DNA of 62,913 bases, the filler included, from Globobulimina sp. (Eukaryota), in the NCBI GenBank assembly GCA_003354225.1. It is 33 parts of 33 records of this genome, joined end to end, with 100 filler letters (N's around TTAATTAATTAA, not from the genome) between each part and the next. Parts side by side here need not be neighbours in the genome. Positions count along the whole stretch, not along the records: positions 1 to 1,811 come from PIVH01011668.1; positions 1,912 to 3,722 come from PIVH01011669.1; positions 3,823 to 5,633 come from PIVH01011670.1; positions 5,734 to 7,543 come from PIVH01011671.1; positions 7,644 to 9,453 come from PIVH01011672.1; positions 9,554 to 11,363 come from PIVH01011673.1; positions 11,464 to 13,273 come from PIVH01011674.1; 26 more parts are not named here. One strand, 5' to 3'. The notes beneath the pieces are model-generated. The model did no database searches, was not told where the DNA came from, and was given only the letters and a program-made list of their open reading frames with translations. Positions 1-11,990 of the stretch are shown piece after piece (the first letter of the stretch is position 1; every line of letters begins with the position of its first letter). A program made the position numbers and the translations under genes.

Positions 1-19
1 AATCTCAAAAATATCAGAT

Positions 20-727
20 TTATTTAAAAGAAATGAAAAAACGTAACTGTGTATTATATTCTGTGTTTAACACCACATCTGATGGGATACCACTGCAAGC
101 ATTACATACCCCTTCGATTAATAATGTACGGTGAATTCCACATCTTTCTTTTAAACATTGCCACAGTCTGATATTGTCACATTCCGAACACTCACCACTT
201 TTTTTTGCTATCTCCTGTAAAATAACATGTACGTAGGAATAGATGGCAGACACTCCACCATCACCGACACCAACAGTGGCGTCTGCGTCTCTGCCCATGG
301 GCGCAAGCGTCAGTTGTATCTCACCACCGAGTCTCAACTGTCCAGCGCCCATAAACTGTTTGACGGCAAATTCATCGTTCAAAATGAAGATATAATCCAC
401 TTTGCCACCGCCCACTAAGAAGCCAAAGGAGAGACCCAATACCCCTACACTCGAAGGTGGCGACCATGTGTTGTTTCTCTCATTACGCACTATCACACAA
501 CCCGTGCCAATATTGCCAGCGAAAAGGAACCCTGCTTTGATACAAGTGAGGAACACAATGCCTTTCGCATGTTTTAATATCATTTTCGGAATTAATTTGT
601 CTTTTGTGAGTGTTTTGCAGGGGTTTACGTAGTGTTCTAATGACATACGAGCGGCTTTCAACTGTCCTTCCAATGATAATCTTTTGACAGATTTGGGATG
701 GGAAGCGTACTTTTCGTCATCTGCCAT
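20..727 (-). CDS. SYLF/Ysc84 (SH3YL1-like) lipid-binding domain protein; similarity breaks after ...AIYSY
   Basis: IPKMILKHAKGIVFL, KAGFLFAGNIGTG, WSPPS, GLSFGFLVG and DYIFILND match the Ysc84/SYLF pattern. The C-terminal ~70 aa do not. Confidence 0.85.
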   Translation of the reverse strand: MADDEKYASHPKSVKRLSLEGQLKAARMSLEHYVNPCKTLTKDKLIPKMILKHAKGIVFLTCIKAGFLFAGNIGTGCVIVRNERNNTWSPPSSVGVLGLSFGFLVGGGKVDYIFILNDEFAVKQFMGAGQLRLGGEIQLTLAPMGRDADATVGVGDGGVSAIYSYVHVILQEIAKKSGECSECDNIRLWQCLKERCGIHRTLLIEGVCNACSGIPSDVVLNTEYNTQLRFFISFK

Positions 728-850
728 GGTTCGAAGTGAAGTAAAAAAGGAAACAAACTATGGGTCAAAAGACAGGCACAAAAATTAAAGACAAGACAAG
801 TCAAAACAAAATAAATATTCACACAGAACGACCAAAAAATTCAAAATGCA

Positions 851-1714
851 TTAATTCCATACGTACCAAAAAGCCATAAATAAAGAAAGTACAAATGTAT
901 ACGCCAAACAACACCAGTGTGGTCTTGGTGATAGCAAGAGATGATACCAATATTTCTCATACCTTTCAAAAACAAACAAATACACACTAATGTAAGCCAA
1001 TCCCACCAATATTCCAATCCATAAATCCAATAAAGTCAAACTTCTCTTGCACAAGAAATGATCCAATGCAGAAATTGGGACACACAACAAATGGACATTT
1101 ATCTTCAAAGGGTTCAAGTTACAAAGCCATAAAAATTTTTTCACTTTTTGGAGACTCTCTTTCTTTGTTGGCCCATTCCAAAATATCACTCCAATAAACA
1201 GTGGTGTCAGTACACCCCACCATACACTCACTGTGATTGAAGTGCAAACTAATGCAGGAAATCGAAGAATTTCACTCAAATAAAAAAAAATCGGAAATTC
1301 TGCTGAATCTGCTCCGATGAAATACAACGACGAAACCAAGTATCGAAATGTCATTAAACTCCAACTCATAACTGTAAATTGCATAATACCCCACCATCCT
1401 TGTTGATCTTGTCTGATAACCAATACTACAATGCACATTCCATAAATGAATATTATGAATCTCCAAATGAAGTTTATCCATGGTTGACCTGAATCTGCTT
1501 CAGAATACACTGGAAATTGGTCGCTTACATACGTGAATGTGACAGCCATTGCACAAACACAAACTGACATGAATAAATAAACAGTTGGAGACCATTTGCC
1601 CTGGATCAGAAAAGATGGTAATTTAATTTGGTCTTCATCTGTGCTTTTGTTTGATGTTGGATTTTCCTCTTTCTGCATCATCTGTTCCTGTTGCTGTTCT
1701 TTGTTGCTCTGCAT
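851..1714 (-). CDS. Multi-pass membrane protein, FAR-17a/AIG1 or rolling-stone-like
   Basis: About 7 hydrophobic segments; motifs QFTVMSW, ITVSVWW and NVHLL..SALDHFL. Start taken at the first in-frame ATG. Confidence 0.45.
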   Translation of the reverse strand: MQSNKEQQQEQMMQKEENPTSNKSTDEDQIKLPSFLIQGKWSPTVYLFMSVCVCAMAVTFTYVSDQFPVYSEADSGQPWINFIWRFIIFIYGMCIVVLVIRQDQQGWWGIMQFTVMSWSLMTFRYLVSSLYFIGADSAEFPIFFYLSEILRFPALVCTSITVSVWWGVLTPLFIGVIFWNGPTKKESLQKVKKFLWLCNLNPLKINVHLLCVPISALDHFLCKRSLTLLDLWIGILVGLAYISVYLFVFERYEKYWYHLLLSPRPHWCCLAYTFVLSLFMAFWYVWN

Positions 1715-2093
1715 TGATTGTGACTGTAAATTAATCCTCAAAAATGTGTTAATGAATAGCGTTGATTTTTTTCCGATCCGCGAAAAAAGTTTGTAATTGA
1801 TTAATTTAATTNNNNNNNNNNNNNNNNNNNNNNNNNNNNNNNNNNNNNNNNNNNNTTAATTAATTAANNNNNNNNNNNNNNNNNNNNNNNNNNNNNNNNN
1901 NNNNNNNNNNNTTCGATTTTTTTTTGTTATCATTTTTGTTGAAATTTTGTGTCATGGGGCACCACTAAAGTTGTTCACAAATATGAATTGCTAGCTGTAC
2001 ATCTGATTATTAATACACACATACTTACAGTTGTCACACTAAAATTTATAGTTTCAATATCCTATATCCTTGCACATGGAAACGAACATTTGA

Positions 2094-2753
2094 TTATGAT
2101 TCAGCATTGATTGTACTATCAGTGGTTGAACTATTTTGTAGTTCATCAATTTTATCTTTATATTTTTGCAATTCTTCATCAAAATGGAGTATATTGTTCT
2201 GATATTCTTGAGCTAAAATCATTTCATTTTGTGCAGTTATCTCCAATTTCTGTGTTAATATTTTATTTCGTTTTTTTAATTTTTTATTTTCTTGTTTTAA
2301 TCGAATTTGTTCTAAATCTGTCTCAAGTAATAACGCTTGAAAACTATCCAATAATCCATTAATTAGTTTTCTTTTATCCTCATATTTGGAGAATTCATCA
2401 ACTTTATCATTGTCAAATTTATGTAATAATTTCTTTATATTTTCGGCCTTCTGCAATGCACTGTGATTGATATTATATTCTTTCTGTAAACGTTTTATAT
2501 TTCGCTTAATATTTTTTTCATGAAAAATCACATCATTTAATATCTTTTTTAATTTGCTAGCTTGGCTGGAACTTTCCTCTGGTTCTGTATCATCTGATTC
2601 GTCATTCCCCATTTTTGATTCTTTCACATCATCCGATCTAGAAATTGAATCGACACTTACTTCTTCATCGGTGATATTACTATGGTACACCGTCAAGTTC
2701 ATATTCACTACATTTAAAGATGAACCATTTGTTTTTTTCTTTAACAATGACAT
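2094..2753 (-). CDS. Coiled-coil hypothetical protein
   Basis: ORF of >200 aa rich in K/E/L heptads. Confidence 0.6.
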   Translation of the reverse strand: MSLLKKKTNGSSLNVVNMNLTVYHSNITDEEVSVDSISRSDDVKESKMGNDESDDTEPEESSSQASKLKKILNDVIFHEKNIKRNIKRLQKEYNINHSALQKAENIKKLLHKFDNDKVDEFSKYEDKRKLINGLLDSFQALLLETDLEQIRLKQENKKLKKRNKILTQKLEITAQNEMILAQEYQNNILHFDEELQKYKDKIDELQNSSTTDSTINAES

Positions 2754-2979
2754 GATTGTTTGTAAGTGAATTTTTTGTAAAAAAAAAGAACATGTCAACC
2801 ACAAAAACATTTGTTGTGTTTATATTTTATTTTTTCGGAGCAAAAGCATTTTTTTCAAATGTATGCGAGGTAGCTTTAAGAAATACAAATTTAGCCACTA
2901 ATGTTGAAGTTAATTTGATTAATTGTCGATCGATGTCATTAATTTATAATTTAAATATAATATTAATATACAGCATCCA

Positions 2980-3722
2980 TTGTTGGATTCCGGTGCTTCT
3001 GTTACGTATACAGCAGGGATATCAACGTATCCTACAGATGTAAATTGGGTATCGATTCAAAATATGGCGATGGAGCATAGTAAATGTGTGGTGACCTTTT
3101 ATGCAGATTCAACGTGTCTTAATGCAGCAGGGAGTATGTTTGCGCATAATGGTATTGTTCGTAGTGATATTCCTACGATTGCGGGTATCACAAAATGTAT
3201 TAAAATCGCGGTTGAAGCGGATAGCGCCTCAACGATGGAAAATTGTAGATTAAGTTTATTTGCAAATGAAGGGTATGGCGGTGAGGAGGTAGTGCGTGAC
3301 ATGGAATACGATGCAACGATCGTAGCGGATAAATATGGTTATTTTAGCGATGAAGGTAACACTGTTCAGGTAAAACCATCATCGATCTCATTATTGTCCA
3401 GTTTATCAATAGAGACTTGTTGGGTTATGGTTTATGGTGACATTGGCTGTTCAGACCCAGCAAGTATTGATCTTCCTCGATTAGGGGCAATAACTGGTTC
3501 CGCCGGTGTTGCTCAACTCGATCCATCAGCGCCAACCATTAAATGTATTCGTGTGGTAGCAAATGAGATTGCCTCCATTCCAAGTGTTCCGACATTGATA
3601 TTCCATAATCCTTTCTTCCCATCATATTTAACCATATCTTTGGCGCTCATTGTTGTAGTAAATGTGTTGCTTATTTTAGCAACGGTTTGGTATTGTACCT
3701 GCAAAACTAAACGGGGGATTTC
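2980..3722 (+). CDS. Single-pass membrane protein with repeated CxxxxYxxxxC extracellular motifs (partial)
   Basis: Motifs CVVTFYADSTC, CRLSLFANEGY and CWVMVYGDIGC, then a C-terminal TM helix followed by KTKR. Confidence 0.55.
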
Positions 3723-3822
3723 NNNNNNNNNNNNNNNNNNNNNNNNNNNNNNNNNNNNNNNNNNNNTTAATTAATTAANNNNNNNNNNNNNNNNNNNNNN
3801 NNNNNNNNNNNNNNNNNNNNNN

Positions 3823-5357
3823 CAATATAGTGGATATTTAAAGATTCCAAATGCAACACCAAACCGATTTTATCATTATTGGCTAGTCACAAGCGAAGCA
3901 GATCCAGCCAATGCACCCATTGTTGTTACGTTCATTATTTATTTAATCTCTATTTATATTTCCAACATGCAAAAATATAAATACTTCTCGCTCACAGTTT
4001 TGGTTTAATGGCGGCCCAGGTAATAAATACTCACTTTCTACTGTAAGTACACACACTCACTTCCTCCCTATACAGGAGCCTCCAGTTTATTGGGCTATTT
4101 TGTAGAACAGGGACCATTCAATGTAAATAATGACTCGGTTACATATAACACCACCAATGTACCGCTATTATATTCCAATCAATATTCCTGGTCTAAAGTA
4201 TCCAATATTGTGTATTTAGAGAGTCCCGCTGGTGTTGGCTATTCATACTGCGATGGCGCTGATGGTCCGATCAATAGCTGTCCAGATTGGAACGATACCA
4301 ATGTCGCAGAGGATAATCATATTATTTTACAAGAATTTTTCAAAGCGTATCCAGAATATATGGGAAATGATTTTTTTATATTTGGCGAGTCTTACGGCGG
4401 TATTTATGTGCCGACATTGGTTATGCAAATCGAGATGGATCCCTCTGGGTTGCCGCCGTTGGTTGGCTTTGCAATCGGTAATGGCTGTTTAGGTCACGGC
4501 AATATGGGTGCTTGCGGTGTGGATCACCGATCTCTATTTTACCAGTTTATGTATGGCCATTCACAAATATCCACAAAACAGTATCAAAATTTATTAGAGA
4601 TTTGCGGCAATTCTCTCATTTATGGGAATGAAACGAGAGAATGCAGAACCGCTATGAACGCAGTACATGAAAGTTTAGGTGGATACAACGTATATGCGAT
4701 GTACGATGAATGTTATTTTGTGAATGATCAAGTTGACGAAGTGTATAAATTTGAGTCGGATCGATTTAATTTGAAGTATGCGTTCAACGGTGCACAGTGG
4801 AGAGTGAATGAAGAAGATGGCAATGATGAATATAAATGTGGCGGATGGACAGTGACTGAAATATATTTGAATCAACATCAAGTTAAAACTGCAGCGCATA
4901 TTCCATTGGATATAACATGGCAATGGCAAGGTATGCACAGTTTATATATATTGAAACATTGCAATTGGTACAACTTATACAAATCATTTGTAATATAGAT
5001 GGTGATTGGAATAAATATAAGAGCACACAAACTGATTTAACACCATATTATAAAGAATGGGTCAAGAAATACAGAATATTAATTTATTTTGGTGATACAG
5101 ATGCCGGCGTACCATACAATGGCGGAGAACAATGGACCATGGCATTGGGATATCCAGTAAAAGAAGCCTGGAGACCATGGACACCTTCGCAATCAACAAT
5201 GGGTGGCTATGTGCAAATTTATGAAACTGGCACAAATTTCACATATTTAACAGTGAGAGGTGCAGGTCATATGGCTGCACAATACAGACCTTTTCAATCA
5301 TTGTCAATGTATGACACATTTTTAAATAATGGATTGTATCCTTATTATAAACAATGA
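3823..5357 (+). CDS. Serine carboxypeptidase (peptidase S10), 5'-partial, 3 introns (3925-3997, 4020-4075, 4931-4998)
   Basis: Spliced product reads QYSGYL...PIVFWFNGGPGASS, YLESPAGVGYSY, GESYGG (catalytic Ser), GDTDAGVP and TVRGAGHM. Confidence 0.96.
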
Positions 5358-5733
5358 AAACGTTGTAATCATCATAAAACTAATTCGTTTGTAACTAATC
5401 TAAGGAAGTTCAGTAATCTTGATATAAACTGTACATCTAAATATCATATCGGATATTTACTATTATATTTAGATCAAACAAAAAAAATACAAATCACACA
5501 AAAAAATAGAACCACACAAACAATGGAAGGAATGCATTTAAGTCAGAGGTTGAGAAGTTGAGAGGTTCAGAAGTTGCTATACTATACGGCCGCGGCGGAT
5601 CGATGCGGTTGGAATTCTTCTTCAATTTCACCCNNNNNNNNNNNNNNNNNNNNNNNNNNNNNNNNNNNNNNNNNNNNTTAATTAATTAANNNNNNNNNNN
5701 NNNNNNNNNNNNNNNNNNNNNNNNNNNNNNNNN

Positions 5734-7347
5734 AAATACCTTGGAACGGCACATTGTGACCAAATTCAAATTGATGCATTAATTCCGAATGATATTTACT
5801 ACCAAGTGCCTCTTCCGATTGATCAAAGCGTCTAAACCTTGGTCCTAAAAATACAGCACCCATTAAACCACAAAAGCCACCAACCATATGGACCACAGCG
5901 CTGCCGGCAAAATCAATCGCGCCCGCATACACTGCAGGGCCAGGGTCCTCATTAAATGGCGATAGCCATCCTTTATCACTCCAAACCCAATGCACTATGT
6001 ACAGTGTATACAGATATTGTCAGATAAAAACACAACATAAATAATATAAGTACAGTATACACATTACACACCAACAACGGGATATATCCATGTCGATATT
6101 CCTACAGTATAAATAAAATACGCCTCCAATGTGCATCTCTCAGCGACTGCACCTGACACTATGGTTGCTGCTGTGGCTGCAAATGCCCATTGAAAAAACC
6201 ATGAATTATAAGTTCCAGATTCAATTAATATATCTTCAACACCCATAAAACCATTCGCATAGTTACTGGAGGAATCGCCGTAAGCTACGCAATAACCAAA
6301 CACATAAAATAATATGGCACCAATGCACGCATCCATTGTATTTTTAAATAATATATTTTGGACATTGCCTGCTTTGATGGTACCAGCTTCCAACAATGAA
6401 AATCCTAATTGCATAAAAAATACCAAGGCGCCAGCGATTAACACCCACATTTGATCCATATCTGCGGCAAAAGCAAATTGACTTAAAAAACCATCATTTA
6501 ATGTGGTATAACTTGTATTTGAGGCATAATAATTCATCACACCCGAATCTGGCAACGTTTCTCGTGGATAACAGATTCGATTCGACTGTAAATCATAAAA
6601 ACATAAATGTATTTGTTCCATAATAGACTCCAAATCTAAACGGCTTGACATATTCGCACAAGCCGTGCCATCATCTAAATTAGAATTGTTATAATTACAA
6701 TCTACATCACATTCAGTGGTTTCATTGTATAAAATATTTAGTGTTTCATAAGAAACACTGCCTAAATAATGTATATTTCTGCATTTTCGCGAATATTCTG
6801 CAATTAAATTCCAATTTGTAGTACAATCAGACGGACATTCTGTTTCTGTTCCTGTTGTTTTATGTAAATTAATTTATGTTGCTTTAGAAACAAAAATAAA
6901 CAACACACCAACTGTACAATTGTCTGAAACGTATTCTATTGCTGTACCAACATCTTGAGTGTTACTAAGGGTACAATTTAAATTTGATCCACATTGCAAC
7001 TGATTTTGATCCGCATAATATGGTCTCACTGCACAATCGGTGCATGTCGATGTATTCCAATAGGAATGGATTAAAACTTCATCAACGATACCACGTTGAC
7101 ACGAATCATAATACTGAGTCAATAACGAGAACGCCTGTTGACATTCAAAATGTGAATCACGATTGCAATTTGTGATACAATCAATGCTATTCAATGTTAA
7201 ATAGGTTTGTAAGGCATCAATCGCACCATTCGTCACAGCTGCAGAGCAATCTAAATCGTCTGTCCATCCGGTTATGCATTTACAATCTTGTAATTGACAA
7301 TATACAGATCCAACAAATAGTGCAACAATAAGAACACTGAACGTCAT
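5734..7347 (-). CDS. amt: Ammonium transporter (Amt1 family) with signal peptide and long Cys-rich N-terminal extension; introns 6852-6908 and 5995-6071; 3'-partial
   Basis: LVFFMQLGFSLLEAG, FFQWAFAATAATIVSGAVAER, YPVVVHWVW and DFAGSAVVHMVGG. GT-AG introns join the upstream ORFs in frame. Confidence 0.93.
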
Positions 7348-7643
7348 GAGATCGACTCTTGGTTTGTTGTATTCAGAGGAACAATTTGTTGTTTTCAAAA
7401 ACACTTTCAATTCTGACAGAGGGACGATTTATTTATAGAAGCATGACAGCAGTATGCGTTCAAGTCATAAATGCATATTCCAACACAACTGAATTGGACA
7501 CATTATGCCTCGATCCAGACAAATATGATATTTACAGTTCGTCNNNNNNNNNNNNNNNNNNNNNNNNNNNNNNNNNNNNNNNNNNNNTTAATTAATTAAN
7601 NNNNNNNNNNNNNNNNNNNNNNNNNNNNNNNNNNNNNNNNNNN

Positions 7644-9420
7644 TATTTAAACGAAACACATCTTCGATCACTGGAGATTTGAAACACATTGATGTACTAA
7701 AGAATAAATGGTTCAGACCACGCCATGGCCGCAAACGTGTTCGTCGACTCTTTCAATGGCATCATAGGTTTGGTGGACATGTTTTTCGACGAAGAATATT
7801 ATTATTTGGTGCTAGAAAAGGCAGACTTCGATCTTTATTATGTGATGAAGCAAAAAGGCCATTTATCGGAGGCCAAAACGCGAAACATAAGCTACGCTCT
7901 GCTCGGAGCCATTGCTTATATGCACCAAAAGAATCTGTGTCATCGCGACATCAAACCCGAGAACATAGTGTTCATTGCGAGCGACACCGACTCGCCGCGT
8001 TTGATTGACTTTGGCGATGCGGAGATGGCGAAGAAAGGCAAAGTGTACACCGAGTTTGTGGGGACTCCGCCGTATATGGCACCGGAGAGACTCAACCGAC
8101 ACTACGGATGGCAGCTGAAAAAAGCAGATATTTGGGCCATCGCCGTGGTCGCTTACGAAATGTTTACCGGACAGCGCTGCTTCAAAGGCGAGACTCAAAA
8201 GCAAGTCTTTGGCCGCATACTACGCGGAGACTGGGCGTGGCCGCAGACACAGAGCCAGACCGCGGCCAGTGACGAGATGCAGGACTTTATTCGGATTTGT
8301 TTGATGCCGGACGCCAAAGACCGGCCCTCTGCCGACGAGGCATTGCAACATGTTTGGTTTGACAGTCTCAGGAAGCAGCAAAAAGCTGTCATTCCGCCAT
8401 CGGATGCCATTTCAGATGATGGTTATCAGTCAAATTCACATGCAAAATATGCCAAAATGAGCCATCTGTCCACTGTCACCGACACAGTGCGGAACTGTAC
8501 GGGAAGCATTGCGATATTTGATAACTTGGCGAGTATGGTGGAGAGCAATCCGTTGCAGGACATTTTAGTAAAGTTTAGTCTGCTTTTCTTATCCTTGCAC
8601 ATTTTGGTGTGTTTATACTTTATATGTACATTGCATACATACAAAAAAAACATGCAACAGAGGCTACGTGGACGCGATTAAAGATGACGACTTAGCTCCG
8701 TATAAGCTGCAGTTTGATAAATTAGACGCGGACAGAGATGGATTTATAACCGGGACAGATTTGGTGAACACGTTTACGGCGAATGGCATTGGTCCGAACG
8801 AAGCGGCGAGTTTGGCCTCGATTATTATCTCAGAGTTAGACGGCGAGCGTAGTGGCACCATATCGTTCAGGCAATTTTTGAAAGCTCGGATGAAGTTTGA
8901 CATATCGGGGCAGATTAAGGCGCGCCAAGTGTTTGATGATATTCTTGCGGCGTCGAACAGCCGTTTGCTGTCTGAGAAAATGAGGGGAAAATATGGCGAT
9001 GTGGCGCGAAAACAAGCGGAGATATCACAGAAAATAATGTCGGGATTTGAGAGTGAAAAGGAACTGTCTGAGATTGTGGACGACTCTGTTAATGGAACTG
9101 GCATATCTCGAGAGGATATTATTGTGTTTTCGCAGTCGCAGACCGATCTGAAAGGGGACGAAAAGGAGAATTTGTATGCGATATTTGATACATATGATAA
9201 GGACGGAGATGGTATGTTGACCTTTGCAGATTTTGTGCAGGCTGTGTATAGTCGGCGCATTGTATCGGTTCTGAATGTGGACGAGAACGGAGAGAATGTA
9301 GAGTCACAAATGAATGATGATATAGTGGGAAAAGATAAAAATAAGGAGAGTCCATTAGGATTGCGTTTGAAAAGCCGTGTATCGCAGGATTTGTTGCCAA
9401 CGAGGGCAACGACGCAATAA
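7644..9420 (+). CDS. Ca2+-dependent protein kinase (kinase + EF-hands), 5'-partial, intron 8573-8660
   Basis: HRDIKPEN, DFG, GTPPYMAPE; EF loops DADRDGFIT, DGERSGTIS and DKDGDGMLT. Confidence 0.93.
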
Positions 9421-9732
9421 TGTTTATCTAATATAGCAAGTTTTAAGTTTATTNNNNNNNNNNNNNNNNNNNNNNNNNNNNNNNNNNNNNNNNNNNNTTA
9501 ATTAATTAANNNNNNNNNNNNNNNNNNNNNNNNNNNNNNNNNNNNNNNNNNNNGAAGTTAATTGGTGTTTCCGCTACCAGTGCCCTGAGAACTCCACTTG
9601 AATATTTAAGAGGGATGGTCACTTCTTTAAAGCTAAGGAGGAAATAGAGGGTCACATCTTAACGGGTTGTTGCCCAAACCAAAAATCAAAAAAAAATGAT
9701 CATAATATTTTTTTAAAGAGTGCAATAACTAT

Positions 9733-9782
9733 TTGATATTATTATAAATTATGCTATAATACCTCCATAACATATCGGAGGG
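9733..9782 (+). promoter_or_regulatory. Sigma70-like transposase promoter and RBS
   Basis: TTGATA (9733-9738), 16-nt spacer, extended -10 TGcTATAAT (TATAAT at 9755-9760), and GGAGGG at 9777-9782 before the ATG. Confidence 0.6.
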
Positions 9783-9791
9783 ATTGCGATT

Positions 9792-11306
9792 ATGATGGGT
9801 CATCAGAAACAAAACCAAGGTAAGCTTTTTATCTACAATTTTGATCTTGAAAGCAGAGTCCGTCAGGACCATCCACTTCGAAAAATAAATCAGATTATTG
9901 ATTTTGAATTTGTCTATAATGAAGTCAAAGGCAAATACGGTGATAACGGTAACGTATCTGTACCACCGCCCGTAATCCTAAAATTAATGCTATTGTTAAT
10001 TTATTATAACGTGAGATCTGAGCGTGAGTTGATGGATACCTTACCTGAGCGCCTCGATTGGTTGTGGTTTCTTGGCTATGATTTGGAATCGAAAATACCG
10101 AATCACAGTGTTTTGTCCAAAGCACGAAATCGATGGGGTGTTGACACCTTTAAAAGTTTTTTTGAGCGCATTATTTTACAATGTGTTGAAACCGGACTAG
10201 TTGACGGTAGTAAGCTTTTCATGGATTCAAGTATGATTCAAGCCAATGCATCCAACAATTCAGTAGTTGATACCACATCGTTGAAACGGCACTTGAATAA
10301 AAGCTACCGGCGTCTTGAATCCAGGTTGGAAGAAAACGACTCGAATTGTCCAAATCAAGATATCTTAAAAAAGAAGGGTGTAGCCAACAGGAAGTATATA
10401 TCCACAACAGATCCGGATGCTTCTGTGGTCCGGCGAGGGCATGGCAGATCAAAACTTCAATATCAGGTCCATCGAGGGGTTGATGACAAGTGTGAAGTCA
10501 TCACAGCCACCGAAGTTACACCCGGTGCAATCCACGAGTCGCATCTGCTCAATGCGCTGATAAAGAATCATCATCAAAATACAGGTCAAAAAGTTGAAAT
10601 AGTTGTGGCCGACAGTAAATATGGAACAATAAATAATTATCTTAGCTGTCATGATCAAGAAATTGCAGCCCATATCCAGTCTTTAGAGAAGAGCTCACGT
10701 GGTACCGGAAGCAAAAAAAATATTTTTCCAAAAGAAAGCTTCATCTATGATCGGGAAGACGACATTTTTATCTGTCCAGCAGGGAAGCCTCTTAAAAAGC
10801 GCAAATATAATAAAAAAAGACATCATTTTGAATATATTACAACATCCGGCACATGTAAAAATTGTGAACTTTGTAACCAGTGCACCCAATCAAAAAATGG
10901 TCGTACTGTAAATCGACATATCAGACAAGACGACCTTGATATAATGCTTTCAGAGGCAAACAGTCAGCACTCAAAAAAAGATATTAGAAAACGCCAGCAT
11001 TATATGGAGCGAAGTTTTGCATATGCCACACGCTATGGTTTTAAAAGAGCTCGATGGCGAGGACTTGATAAGATGCAGATTCAAGAGTATTTGACAGCAG
11101 TAATCCAAAATATCAAAGTATTACTAAAATATAATCATAAGCCTCTCAAAGAAATGGGTCTGAAAGCCCCATTAAAAGCAAGCAAGATAAAAAGAGGACT
11201 CGGTTATATTCTTAAACGCATTAATTTTAAAATGCGTTTACCCCTGGCAAGTCAACCAACACTAATTTTATCAAATTTTGATATTAGACCTCATTGCATG
11301 GTTTAG
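9792..11306 (+). CDS. IS1182-family DDE transposase
   Basis: DHPLRKI, PPVILKLMLL, SERELM, WFLG..IPNHSVLS (DUF772-like); DSS, STTDPDA and ADSKYG; Cys cluster CPAG..CKNC..C..C; R..MERSFA. Confidence 0.95.
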   Translation: MMGHQKQNQGKLFIYNFDLESRVRQDHPLRKINQIIDFEFVYNEVKGKYGDNGNVSVPPPVILKLMLLLIYYNVRSERELMDTLPERLDWLWFLGYDLESKIPNHSVLSKARNRWGVDTFKSFFERIILQCVETGLVDGSKLFMDSSMIQANASNNSVVDTTSLKRHLNKSYRRLESRLEENDSNCPNQDILKKKGVANRKYISTTDPDASVVRRGHGRSKLQYQVHRGVDDKCEVITATEVTPGAIHESHLLNALIKNHHQNTGQKVEIVVADSKYGTINNYLSCHDQEIAAHIQSLEKSSRGTGSKKNIFPKESFIYDREDDIFICPAGKPLKKRKYNKKRHHFEYITTSGTCKNCELCNQCTQSKNGRTVNRHIRQDDLDIMLSEANSQHSKKDIRKRQHYMERSFAYATRYGFKRARWRGLDKMQIQEYLTAVIQNIKVLLKYNHKPLKEMGLKAPLKASKIKRGLGYILKRINFKMRLPLASQPTLILSNFDIRPHCMV

Positions 11307-11990
11307 ATCAAAGAAATGACTTCCAAAGATCGGATTTGATCTATGCTTTGAGCAACAACCCGTNNNNNNNNNNNNNNNNNNNNNNNNNNNNNNNNNNNNN
11401 NNNNNNNTTAATTAATTAANNNNNNNNNNNNNNNNNNNNNNNNNNNNNNNNNNNNNNNNNNNNAATAATAATGGCAAATGGTATAAATTTGAGGATATTA
11501 AAATTATAAAAATTGGTGAATTCCAGTTGGTAAATAATAAGGCTCTGATATTGTTTTATAAAAAAACAAAACAAAATACAAAACTTGCCAATCATTCATT
11601 GTTTGATAGGTATTTCTAAAAAAGAGAGTAAATTTGTTTTTTGTTTCTTGTTTATTGCTCTTTCTTTTTGTGATCAAAGAGTTTTTCTGTATTATATATA
11701 GTATTTGTGTCATTGTATGATATGTTTTCTGTATTTAATTTTTTGTTTTGATTTGTGTATCGATCTGTTTTATGAACTCTTTTTTCTTTCTTTTTTCCAT
11801 CCTTTTTGTTGTTTAAATTGCAACTATTCTACCATACATAGTAATGTTTCCCAAACGTTCTATAGTAGCAAATAGCCGATGCTATAAAACCGATAAAAGC
11901 ATCGGTTTATAAAACACTGTTCGTAAATGAACCAAAATCACAAAATAAAAATTATAATACAATATATGTAATATATTATGGTCTGTTTGA

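Larger units (their letters stand above)
9662..11363 (+). mobile_element. Complete IS1182-family insertion sequence (bacterial contig)
   Basis: Terminal inverted repeats ACGGGTTGTTGCCCAAA (9662-9678) and TTTGAGCAACAACCCGT (11347-11363) match at 16/17 nt and flank a single transposase. Confidence 0.92.

Noticed and set aside
8664-9260. Long antisense ORFs (also 7863-8204, 12142-12570, 39155-39700, 52428-52955)
   Set aside because: They are shadows of well-supported genes on the opposite strand and carry no motifs.
9554-11363. Horizontal transfer of IS1182 into the eukaryote
   Set aside because: There is no eukaryotic flank on the contig; a mixed sample explains it.
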